The position numbers and the translations under genes are program-made. Shown here in pieces: positions 24,885-35,175 of a stretch of 35,175 bases of DNA. The notes below the pieces were generated by a model. It saw only the letters and a list, made by a program, of their open reading frames with translations, made no database searches and was not told the origin of the DNA. The first letter of the stretch is position 1; each line of letters begins with the position of its first letter. Origin of the DNA: Tubiluchus corallicola (taxonomy: Eukaryota; Animalia; Priapulida); contig JAQGDQ010001547.1 of the NCBI GenBank assembly GCA_030141605.1, positions 1-35,175 on the forward strand. Reading direction: 5' to 3'.

Positions 24885-25545
24885 CGATCCTTCCTGAAAC
24901 CGCAGGAACTTCTACAAGCCAGGCCACCACGAACACACGAACTGCCTTGAAAGATTAGGAACTTCTACAAGCCAGGTCACCACGAACACACACGAACACA
25001 CGAACACACGAACCTTCCTGAAACATTAGGAACTTCTACAAGCCAGGTCACCACGAACACACGAACTGCCTTGAAAGATTAGGAACTTCTACAAGCCAGG
25101 TCACCACGAACACACGATCCTTCCTGAAACAGTAGGAACTTCTACAAGCCAGGCCACCACGAACACATGAACTTTCTTGAAACACTAGGAACTTCTACAA
25201 GCCAGGCCACCACGAACACATGAACTTTCTTGAAACACTAGGAACTTCTACAAGCCAGGCCACCAGGAACACACAAACTTTCTTGAAACATTAGGAACTT
25301 CTACAAGCCAGGCCACCACGAACACATGAAATTTCTTGAAACATTAGGAACTTCTACAAGCCAGGTCACCACGAACACATGAACCTTCTTGAAACACTAG
25401 GAACTTCTACAAGCCAGGCCACCACGAACACACGAACCTTCTTGAAACGCTAGAAACTTCTACTAGCCAGATCACCACGAACACATGAACTTTCTTGAAA
25501 CATTAGGAACTTCTAGAAGCCAGGCCACCACGACGAACACACGAA
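24885..25545. repeat. ~53-bp minisatellite, ~12 copies, ending just upstream of ATG 25562
   Basis: Unit AGGAACTTCTACAAGCCAGG(C/T)CACCACGAACACA(C/T)GAAC(C/T)TTCTTGAAACA(C/T)T. Confidence 0.95.
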
Positions 25546-25561
25546 GGTCTTTGTCCACGCA

Positions 25562-26011
25562 ATGAATTGTTGGCTTGCATTTGGTGTGTTGTGTATTCTA
25601 GCAGTAACCACAGATGCCTGCTGGGCACCAGGTTACGGCCCTAGAGATATTTACCAATGCTCGGAAAACAATCCGTATGAAAAGAAAAGAAAAGAGCAAT
25701 GCGACTGGTGCGCAAGGGTCCACTATCAGGGAGCAGGGAGACAAACGTCATTCGACGATTGTTGTTGGGACAAGTTGAGGTATAATCAGTGCAACGAATG
25801 GCTAGTCTGGGCAGATAAGCACTACAACAAGAACGAGACCAGAAAAATGCTAGATGTCGTCAACGCGAGAGCGAAGAAAAACTCTGGATGTTTCCACGTG
25901 CTGCGGAGAACAATGCTGCTCTGTCCGCTGTGCGTTATTTTTGCGCAACTTTGTTCAAGCCTACTTTGTTTACATACTAGATCGTTACTGGTGTCAATTG
26001 AGTTGCATTAA
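25562..26011 (+). CDS. Secreted, probably GPI-anchored or membrane-tethered cysteine-rich protein (149 aa), CHH/ITP-like Cys frame; paralogue B
   Basis: Signal peptide ending TTDA|C; C-x13-CDWC-x16-CC-x8-C; KNSG then hydrophobic tail; AATAAA at 26047-26052. Confidence 0.88.
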   Translation: MNCWLAFGVLCILAVTTDACWAPGYGPRDIYQCSENNPYEKKRKEQCDWCARVHYQGAGRQTSFDDCCWDKLRYNQCNEWLVWADKHYNKNETRKMLDVVNARAKKNSGCFHVLRRTMLLCPLCVIFAQLCSSLLCLHTRSLLVSIELH

Positions 26012-26329
26012 TATTTGCTGTGTCGTTGAAAGTGCAAGAGATTTCTAATAAAAGCTGAAACATGGCTTCCAGCCCAATTACCTGTTCTGCAATTTTATTA
26101 AAAAGTATTTTTTTCACTTTTCATTCTTCTCTTCTTCCTCAAAGCCATTTTTTATTCTTGCACTTTCACTTTTCTTTCCGTTTGCCATTACTGTGCATGA
26201 TCTTTACAAGTTTTCTTTTCGGACAGCCTGTATAATTTATTGATCAACTTTATTATTTACATGCTGTTTTTTTCAATTTTGTATTTTGTATTTTCATCAT
26301 ACTTGGAAAATTTCAGAAATGACACATAG

Positions 26330-27485
<1,156 letters not shown>

Positions 27486-27995
27486 GGCTACGTTGTAAAT
27501 TATAAAGTATTTTCTTTTTCAATTACACAAGTATTTCAAAAAGGTAAGCATAATGTTAAAAAATATAACGTTGCATGGAAAGGTTTTTGGGGTATACTTA
27601 AACTTTCCCTTTTCTCCCCTTTAAATGTGAGAACTATAAAAAGCTTATATCACCAAGCGACGTAACCAAAGCATTTATCTGCACTTAGTAATGAATATGG
27701 CTGTTATGTTTTAATTCAAATATTTCTCCAGTAAGAAACAAATGAGTAAGATCAAATTACTCATTCTCATCGCTACTTAAACAGACTGAATCAATTTCTG
27801 CAAGAAAGACACCATTTTCCTCATTCGTGAATAAAATATAACCTCTGCTTTTGTAAATGTGAAATTGTTTTAATATTTAATTACAAATATCGTGTTTAAT
27901 TTCGTGTAAAATATTTCTGAAAGTGTTACAAGTTTTTTGCTAGTGATAAAAGAAGTGGTGTAGGAGGGGATAATAGTTTTCAGTGAGCCCACAAG

Positions 27996-28053
27996 ATGGC
28001 GCTGTTGTGCTTTTTGCTAGCTTGGTTTTCTTTGTTTTTAGGTGCATCTACAG
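27996..28053 (+). CDS. PAN-mucin protein, exon 1 (signal peptide); model join(27996-28053,30037-30276,31370-32460)
   Basis: AAGATGGCG start; MALLCFLLAWFSLFLGAST; donor ACA G|GTAGG phase 1. Confidence 0.8.
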
Positions 28054-28553
28054 GTAGGTTTTTTTATATCATTAGGATAATATGTCATTATCATCAATTA
28101 GGGTTTTTTCGCCAAAGTTACTTCGCTTTGGAATTCACAAACTTTGTTATAACACGCCAAAACCACATATGTTATGCAATTTTCAACTAGACATATCCCA
28201 ACAATAGAATTAGTACATTGTATTATCTTATTTATACCTACGCACGTGCGTCTTTGCACCGTCTTTATGTACATTTCTTATTACGTAGTTAAATGCTTTA
28301 ACCCGTTTGGTACTTTAAAAACATAAAAACCTTGACACATTTGTGCAGCCAAGATCTAGGACCTGTAAAAACCCTGTACAGGTCCTGTAACGCCAGTCCA
28401 GCTTCTTCCAGGAACACTTGGTAGTAGTAGTAGTACTAGTGCAGTAGTAGTAATGGTAATAGTAGTTGTAATATTATCGTGTATATTAATTTCGCTGGTA
28501 TATATGTATAAGATTCGAGGCTACAGCTCGGACGACGGCACCATTTGCGGCGA

Positions 28554-28867
28554 TCTATATATCAAACGAAAGGTCTCGATCTACTGTTGTGCCATTGGGG
28601 GTTTGTCTTTCGAATCGGGCCCACCGGGACAAGCGAGGGGCGAAAAACCTCCAAAAATGGCCACTTTCGCCCGTTTTTTTGCAAAGCTTGTTTCTGAAGA
28701 ACGGGAACGGGCCGAGGGCGGTGCCGGCCATGGATAGATAGCCCCTTCAACGATATTCAGTGAAAGCTGCCACTGGCTTTGCGAAATAAAGAACACTAGG
28801 TAGAACGTTCGCGCATTGTCGATTATAAGCATTTTATACGCAAACTTTTTTGCGGGGCCTTTGCTAG
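28554..28867 (+). mobile_element. Possible short non-autonomous Helitron
   Basis: A|TCTATATATC candidate 5' end; hairpin CGCAAA-CTTT-TTTGCG 28839-28854 followed by CTAG|T at 28864-28868; 5' boundary uncertain. Confidence 0.5.
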
Positions 28868-29039
28868 TTATTATTATTGCTTCTCTAGCCCACTGCAGTA
28901 CAATTATTTTTTTTATGATAACGATAGTGTTTGAAACATAACAATTTAATACAATAGATGTAATAATTTTGATGTCACTGTGTGCTTAATGTCATTATAT
29001 TGTACTGAATGTGATAATAATAATAAATAAAAAAATATT

Positions 29040-29092
29040 TTATTATTATTATCATTATTATTACTAGTAGTAGTAGTAGTAGCAGTAGTAGC

Positions 29093-29142
<50 letters not shown>

Positions 29143-29143
29143 C

Positions 29144-29174
<31 letters not shown>

Positions 29175-29222
29175 ATGGTAACAGCAGCAGCAGCAGCAAC
29201 AGTACCTGCAGCAGCAATAGTA
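29040..29222. repeat. (TTA)n/(TAG)n/(CAG)n microsatellite
   Basis: Directly visible. Confidence 0.95.
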
Positions 29223-29466
29223 AAGTAGTTTATTGACTGTAAAATGAATATTCACAATGTTTGATAGGTGACGTTTCACACACATTTCACAGTCCAAATG
29301 AAAAAAGGTTAAAAACAGTTCACAACAAATTTTCATTATGTGTCAGTAAAAACGATTTGGTAAGACTGAGCTGGCCTACTACAGAATTTACAGAATTGTA
29401 GCGCTTCATTATGGTACTAAGAATCTTCTGATTTGGTTAATCTGGCTATGAAAATCAAGTGTATTC

Positions 29467-29971
29467 CAGGGATGAGAATTTTCCGCGTTTTTGGAAGACC
29501 GGTAGTGCCATTTTTGTAAATCGCGTAAATTCATTGAGAAAATTTTTACGGACCCAGTACATTATCTCACAAGCTGACCGGTAGGTGGCAGGCCGTCACT
29601 TTGTTTACATCATGTACATCAGCGTAACCACGTGTATATCTCTATTATATAAAAATATAGAATCAATTGTGTGGAGTTATTTGAGTCAATTGCAGACAGT
29701 TTTTATATACTTTTACATAGGAGCGGCCAGTACTTAGGCATTTTTGAGACAATTAGGTATCATGTATCCTTGATAGTTGGGTATTTTAAATTATGTATGA
29801 AACAAGGTAATTGATATTTTAAGTCCACTTAGAGGCTCTCTATGGTTACAAAATTGCAATTTGTTGCTGGCTCCAAGGGGGCTTTGCCCCTCAACCCCAT
29901 TGGGGGCCTAGGTGGCCCCAAAAACCCCGGTCTGTTTCAGAGTTTTTTGCAATTTGTCATTCTCATCCCTG
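29467..29971 (+). mobile_element. hAT-type MITE (505 bp)
   Basis: 13-bp perfect TIR CAGGGATGAGAAT/ATTCTCATCCCTG (Ac-like CAGGGATG terminus); 8-bp flanks GTGTATTC/GTGTATAT (6/8 match); second partial copy at 15918-16270. Confidence 0.88.
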
Positions 29972-30036
29972 GTGTATATAACAATATCATATTTTTATGG
30001 AACAGCCTGTTACTGATTGTAGTCATTGTTATTCAG

Positions 30037-30276
30037 GAGCTTACATTGAAGGACATTTCGACAATGCAGCTGATGGCAAAATATTGTTCAGCTCAGTTCA
30101 CACGTCTGTGGTCCGCACAGTTCTTCAGTGCAGTTCATTGTGTTCAACGTCGCCAAGTTGTGGTTCATTTCAGTTCAACCAGGGTGAACAGAGCTGTGAA
30201 CTTATTTCGTCTAATGTTACCCTAGAAGCAGCCATCTTTGAAACGAATTCTGAGTGGGAATATTACAAATATGCAG
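30037..30276 (+). CDS. PAN-mucin protein, exon 2 (PAN/apple domain)
   Basis: Branch-like TACTGAT and TTATTCAG| acceptor phase 1; QCSSLCSTSPSCGSFQFNQGEQSCEL = CxxxC-x5-CxSF..CxL PAN signature, ending WEYY; donor GCA G|GTGA phase 1. Confidence 0.88.
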
Positions 30277-30384
30277 GTGAAAACCTGAACTCGTTTTTCT
30301 TTTTTTGTTCATGCCTTAATACTGTTTTTATCTTTTCTTTGCATCCCATTTGACTTTCTTTCTCTTGCCCACTAACTTGTTCTT

Positions 30385-31345
30385 TATCTATTTTCTCTTT
30401 TTGTTTGATGCTATGATTCTTTCAAACTTTGACTCTTCCCTTCTCTCACTCACTAATCCACTCTTGTTTGTTTTCTCTTTTTGTTTGATGATTTGATTCT
30501 TTCAAACTTTCACTCTTCCCTTCTCTCACTCACTAATCCATTCTTGTTTGTTTTCTCTTTTTGTTTGATGATTTGATTCTTTCAAACTTTCACTCTTCCC
30601 TTCTCTCACTCACTAATCCATTCTTGTTTGTTTTCTCTTTTTGTTTGATGATTTGATTCTTTCAAACTTTCACTCTTCCCTTCTCTCACTCACTAATCCA
30701 TTCTTGTTTGTTTTCTCTTTTTGTTTGATGATTTGATTCTTTCAAACTTTGACTCTTCCCTTCACTCACTCATTAACCCATTCTTGTTTGTTTTCTCTTT
30801 TTGTTTGATGATTTGATTCTTTCAAACTTTGACTCTTCCCTTCTCTCACTCACTAATCCATTCTTGTTTGTTTTCCTTTTTTGTTTGATGATTTGATTCT
30901 TTCAAACTTTGACTCTTCCCTTCTCTCACTCAATAATCCATTCTTGTTTGCTTTCTCTTTTTGTTTGATGATTTGATTCTTTCAAACTTTGACTCTTGCC
31001 TTCTCTCACTCACTAATCCATTCTTGTTTGCTTTCCTTTTTTGTTTGATGATTTGATTCTTTCAAACTTTGACTTTTCCCTTCACTCACTCACTAATCCA
31101 TTCTTGTTTGTTTTCCTTTTTTTGTTTGATGATTTGATTCTTTCAAACTTTGACTCTTGCCTTCTCTCACTCACTAATCCATTCTTGTTTGTTTTCTCTT
31201 TTTGTTTGATGATTTGATCCTTTCAAACTTTGACTCTTCCCTTCTCTCACTCACTAATCCATTCTTGTCTGTTTTCCTTTTTTGTTTGATGATTTGATCC
31301 TTTCAAACTTTCACTCTTCTCTTCTCTCACTCACTAATCCTTTGT
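30385..31345. repeat. 80-bp pyrimidine-rich minisatellite, ~12 copies, ending at the exon-3 acceptor
   Basis: TTCAAACTTT at 30421, 30501, 30581 and onward; most units have CACTAAT plus a T/C tract. Confidence 0.96.
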
Positions 31346-31369
31346 TGTCTATTTTCATTTCAACAACAG

Positions 31370-32460
31370 TAGAACAAACAACTGCAGAAGAGAATACTGT
31401 AACACCAACTGATGAGACAACAGTGGAAGAAACAACTGCAGAAGAGAATACTGTAACACCAACTGATGAGACAACAGTAGAAGAAACAACTGCAGAAGAG
31501 AATACTGTAACACCAACTGATGAGACAACAGTAGAACAAACAACTGCAGAAGAGAATACTGTAACACCAACTGATGAGACAACAGTGGAAGAAACAACTG
31601 CAGAAGAGAATACTGTAACACCAACTGATGAGACAACAGTAGAAGAAACAACTGCAGAAGAGAATACTGTAACAGCAACTGATGAGACAACAGTAGAACA
31701 AACAACTGCAGAAGAGAATACTGTAACACCAACTGATGAGACAACAGTAGAAGAAACAACTGCAGAAGAGAATACTGCAACACCAACTGATGAGACAACA
31801 GTAGAAGAAACAACTGCAGAAGAGAATACTGTAACACCAACTGATGAGACAACAGTAGAAGAAACAACTGCAGAAGAGAATACTGTAACACCAACTGATG
31901 AGACAACAGTGGAAGAAACAACTGCAGAAGAGAATACTGTAACACCAACTGATGAGACAACAGTAGAAGAAACAACTGCAGAAGAAAATACTGTAACACC
32001 AACTGATGAGACAACAGTAGAAGAAACAACTGCAGAAGAGAATACTGCAACACCAACTGATGAGACAACAGTAGAAGAAACAACTGCAGAAGAGAATACT
32101 GTAACACCAACTGATGAGACAACAGTAGAAGAAACAACTGCAGAAGAGAATACTGCAACACCAACTGATGAGACAACAGTAGAAGAAACAACTGCAGAAG
32201 AGAATACTGCAACACCAATTGATGAGACAACAGTAGAAGAAACAACTGCAGAAGAGAATACTGTAACACCAACTGATGAGACAACAGTAGAAGAAACAAC
32301 TGCAGAAGAGAATCCTGTAACACCAACTGATGAGACAACAGTAGAAGAAACAACTGCAGAAGAGAATACTGTAACAGCAACTGATGAGACAACAGTAGAA
32401 GAAACAACTGCAGAAGAGAATACAGTAACACCCAATCAGTTTCTCAGTAGAAATTGTTGA
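31370..32460 (+). CDS. PAN-mucin protein, exon 3: ~20 x 18-aa Thr/Glu mucin-like repeat (EETTAEENTVTPTDETTV), then stop
   Basis: TTTTCATTTCAACAACAG| acceptor phase 1; 54-bp coding repeat with no frameshift; stop ending 32460; AATAAA 32573-32578. Confidence 0.82.
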
Positions 32461-33229
32461 AGATAATGCCAAAACAATGCATAGAACAATACCAGCTGAT
32501 TCCTACTTGAACAATGCCAAAACAATGCATAGAAAAATACCAGCTGATTCCTACTTGAGGGCGCTAGTATACAATAAAAGGATTGCTTTACCAATGGACA
32601 TTGTAGCTATTCTATGTATCTTAAAAATCGTTTTTCTTCCAATTGATCTATTGCTGTCTTGGGTTTGGTTCTTAAAATAATATACCACCTCAGCAAAGAC
32701 ATGGCTCTTATTCCAACACAACATCTGCATTGTGAAAAGCAAACAAAACAGATAGTAACTTACAGATCTGCATTGTACTACTCGATTTGTAAGTTTACAA
32801 TTAAGCATTTTGTTCAGTTTGCTTTCACAGTGCGAATTTTTGTAATAATTTTGCAAACACTGCAGTTACTGAAAGCTTTTTCAATTTTCTTTTGTCAAAA
32901 ATTGATTTTTAGTTTGTCTAAGGCAAGCGAATGCATTTTATATATAATTTTGCACGGAAATCCATTGTGTGAGGAGGAGAAACCTGCAAAGATGATCAAA
33001 CATAATGTAATCGCTGCTTAGTGAGAGCAGTTTTTTCATGAAGCCATGCAAAATCTAGGAAACTCTTACAATGCTGAAGGAATTAATCCCATTTCATTAT
33101 GAATTTCAAAAATACCAAAAGTGGACTTGGCCTGACTAGACAAGCTTGCTGGTTGGTGGTGGTGGGGGTGGTGGGGGGTGGGGGGTGTACTAAAGACAAA
33201 ATGAATTTACCTAATCCCTAATTGTTTAC

Positions 33230-33366
33230 CTTGCCAGGGGTGACCATGATTTCCCAGCGGCAGACCTTGTGTTCGTGGACCTTTAGAGGCCACAGATATG
33301 ATGTCACGGTCCCAGATGGTCCCATTTGAATGCGTGGATTTCCACATCCGCTATCTTCAGTAGATA
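33230..33366 (-). CDS. Mucin-Sushi-CUB protein: N-terminal half of a CUB domain
   Basis: TTTTTTCCAG| acceptor phase 1; CGNPRIQMGPSGTVTSYLWPLKVHEHKVCRWEIMVTPGK matches CUB CG...SG.I.S..(W/Y)P......C.W.I.V.PG; donor AAG|GTAAAC. Confidence 0.82.
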
Positions 33367-34472
33367 CTGGAAAAAAGTTATTGATACATTTTGTACTAAT
33401 CAGACACCATAAGCCTAACTGCACATGTCACAGTTCAATAAAGTACACATGAGTTTGCTTATCCAACAAGATTTCTTGCATTTAAATAGGAAAAACTCCA
33501 CAGTTCCACCTCTTAGTAAAATCCGTGGATTAAGTACCACATTTTGTTGGCCTGGTTGGCTGTATAAATTTATTTACAACTCCACTAAATGTACGTAAAT
33601 TGCTAACCATGACAGACATAGGCCACAATTGTTTAAAGCAAAACCAGACCTAATCTCAAACTGTAAGTCAAAACAATCTACTGTTTAAAATATTGAAAGG
33701 AAACATACTATACTATTATTTTCAGGAACGTCTTACGTGAAAGAATTATTACCACACAAACACAATTTCGCATGCATGTACTAGTTCCTCACTGTTACAT
33801 GCATTTCATCATTCGCTAGTTAGACGGGCACTAGCACCTGTATTTCAGAAACACATTGCATAAAAATAGGTGTTGTACCTCTCTATTCAGGAGTGTTAGT
33901 TTGTGACGAACTACACACATTCGACAGCTCATGCGTGAAGATAGCGGTAAATTTGAATTTTTACCTTAAAACTTGCCTAGTTTTAGTCCAACACACTGCA
34001 TCTCTTACAGTAGCTCTGTACTTCAATTTTCTTTTTGCAAACACGTACAACACGCTCGCGGAATGTTTTTGCTGTTGGAAATCATATTAGTTTGTGATGT
34101 CATCAATTACTAAGCTCGCTCGCCGTTAATTAAGTTTTTAGTCTACAATTTAATTATAAGAAATGCTTTTGCTGTATTAATTGTGTTAAAATGTATACTT
34201 TTATCGGATTCGAAAATGGGGTAGTATACGAAAAATCATCCTGTCTTCCTTTAATTGTTTAAGTAAGGAACATTTGGATTACGACAACTTTTACAACCAA
34301 GCATTATCAGTGCTTTCACCGTCATTATTGTCGTCATTATCACATCCCGCGAATCCGACAATGCCAACCACAAAGGCAGTAACAATGACGAAAGACAACT
34401 GGAGCCAATCTTAATCATAGGTGTGAAATGATAATGTTGTAAAAAACACAATTAGCACCCTTCTTGATGTAC

Positions 34473-34625
34473 CTTCACAAACAGGAACCTCGCCCTCTAG
34501 GTCCCCATCAGTGCATTCGAGTATCCTACTACCGGAAGTGTGTACGTATCCCTTCCAACAGGAATAGATCACTGCGTCTCCACTTCTGCTATAGTCAGCA
34601 TTGGGGACAATTGGAATTGTGCAGT
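34473..34625 (-). CDS. Mucin-Sushi-CUB protein: Sushi/CCP domain exon
   Basis: Phase 1-1 exon; DCTIPIVPNADYSRSGDAVIYSCWKGYVHTSGSRILECTDGDLEGEVPVCE (C..P...NA...Y.C..GY...G....C...G......P.C). Confidence 0.88.
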
Positions 34626-34746
34626 CTAAAAATAAAAAAAGGAACCACATAAAAATGATGTAAGTTTTACAAAGCTGATGTCGATCTGCCAAAGGTTGCT
34701 GAATATTTCAACTGACATGTCTGAGGTGGTAATATAAATGATGTAC

Positions 34747-35175
34747 CTGCTGTTGTTGTTTCAATTGATCTGGTTGTACTGTCTTCTAGAGTTGTTTCTA
34801 CTGGTGTGGATGTTTCCGGGATGGTTTCTGCGGTTATTGTTTTTGCGGTTGGTGTGGCAGTACTTTCTTCTGTAGTTATTTCTGCTACTGTTGTCTCATC
34901 AGTTGGTGTTACAGTATTCTCTTCTGCAGTTGTTTCTTCTACTGTTGTCTCATCAGTTGGTGTTGCAGTATTCTCTTCTGCAGTTGTTTCTTCTACTGTT
35001 GTCTCATCAGTTGGTGTTGCAGTATTCTCTTCTGCAGTTGTTTCTTCTACTGTTGTCTCATCAGTTGGTGTTACAGTATTCTCTTCTGCAGTTGTTTCTT
35101 CTACTGTTGTCTCATCAGTTGCTGTTACAGTATTCTCTTCTGCAGTTGTTTCTTCTACTGTTGTCTCATCAGTTG
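34747..35175 (-). CDS. Mucin-Sushi-CUB protein: Thr/Glu mucin exon (5' part outside window)
   Basis: Reverse complement of the same 54-bp repeat as 31370-32432, followed by unique Thr-rich tail (..PETSTPVETTLEDSTTRSIETTTA) and donor GCA G|GTACAT phase 1. Confidence 0.85.

Noticed and set aside
22169-26011. Ly6/uPAR (three-finger) assignment suggested by CYEC, CC..CN and GPI tail
   Set aside because: Too few cysteines, CxxC not at the N-terminus, CC-to-C spacing 8-9 rather than 4, and helical-looking sequence
27988-28004. Strong CTCF-like CCACAAGATGGCGCTG
   Set aside because: Coincides with the start codon context (AAGATGGCG, Kozak/YY1-like); explained without invoking an insulator
29997-30036. 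ATG 29997 as start of the PAN protein
   Set aside because: No signal peptide; acceptor at 30036 is phase-compatible with the signal-peptide exon at 27996
31311-32472. Three long antisense ORFs over the mucin repeat
   Set aside because: Shadow frames of a 54-bp repeat; the + frame is supported by splice phase with the PAN exon and by the paralogue's Sushi/CUB exons

Overview
Repeat-rich, AT-rich eukaryotic genomic DNA from an animal, most likely an invertebrate (GT-AG spliceosomal introns; PAN, Sushi and CUB exons; LINE, hAT and other DNA-transposon relics). Most long ORFs in the supplied track are micro/minisatellite artefacts. Manual splice reconstruction gives five genes. (1) A 7-exon + strand gene at 5588-15380 (322 aa), almost invisible in the ORF track, with an N-terminal MLKL-like four-helix-bundle (MLKL_NTD/HeLo-like) domain, brace-like helices, an acidic linker and ankyrin-like repeats instead of a pseudokinase. 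(2,3) A head-to-head pair of single-coding-exon paralogues (22169-22663 -, 25562-26011 +) encoding signal-peptide, probably GPI-anchored proteins with a shared C..C-x12/13-CxxC..CC-x8/9-C cysteine frame resembling the CHH/ITP helical fold. (4) A secreted PAN/apple + Thr/Glu mucin-repeat gene (27996-32460 +). (5) A convergent inverted paralogue entering from the right edge: the same 54-bp mucin repeat followed by Sushi and partial CUB exons. Many minisatellites start or end exactly at exon boundaries and carry arrays of CRE, AP-1, E-box or CTCF-like motifs. All domain calls are by-eye pattern recognition, not database results.
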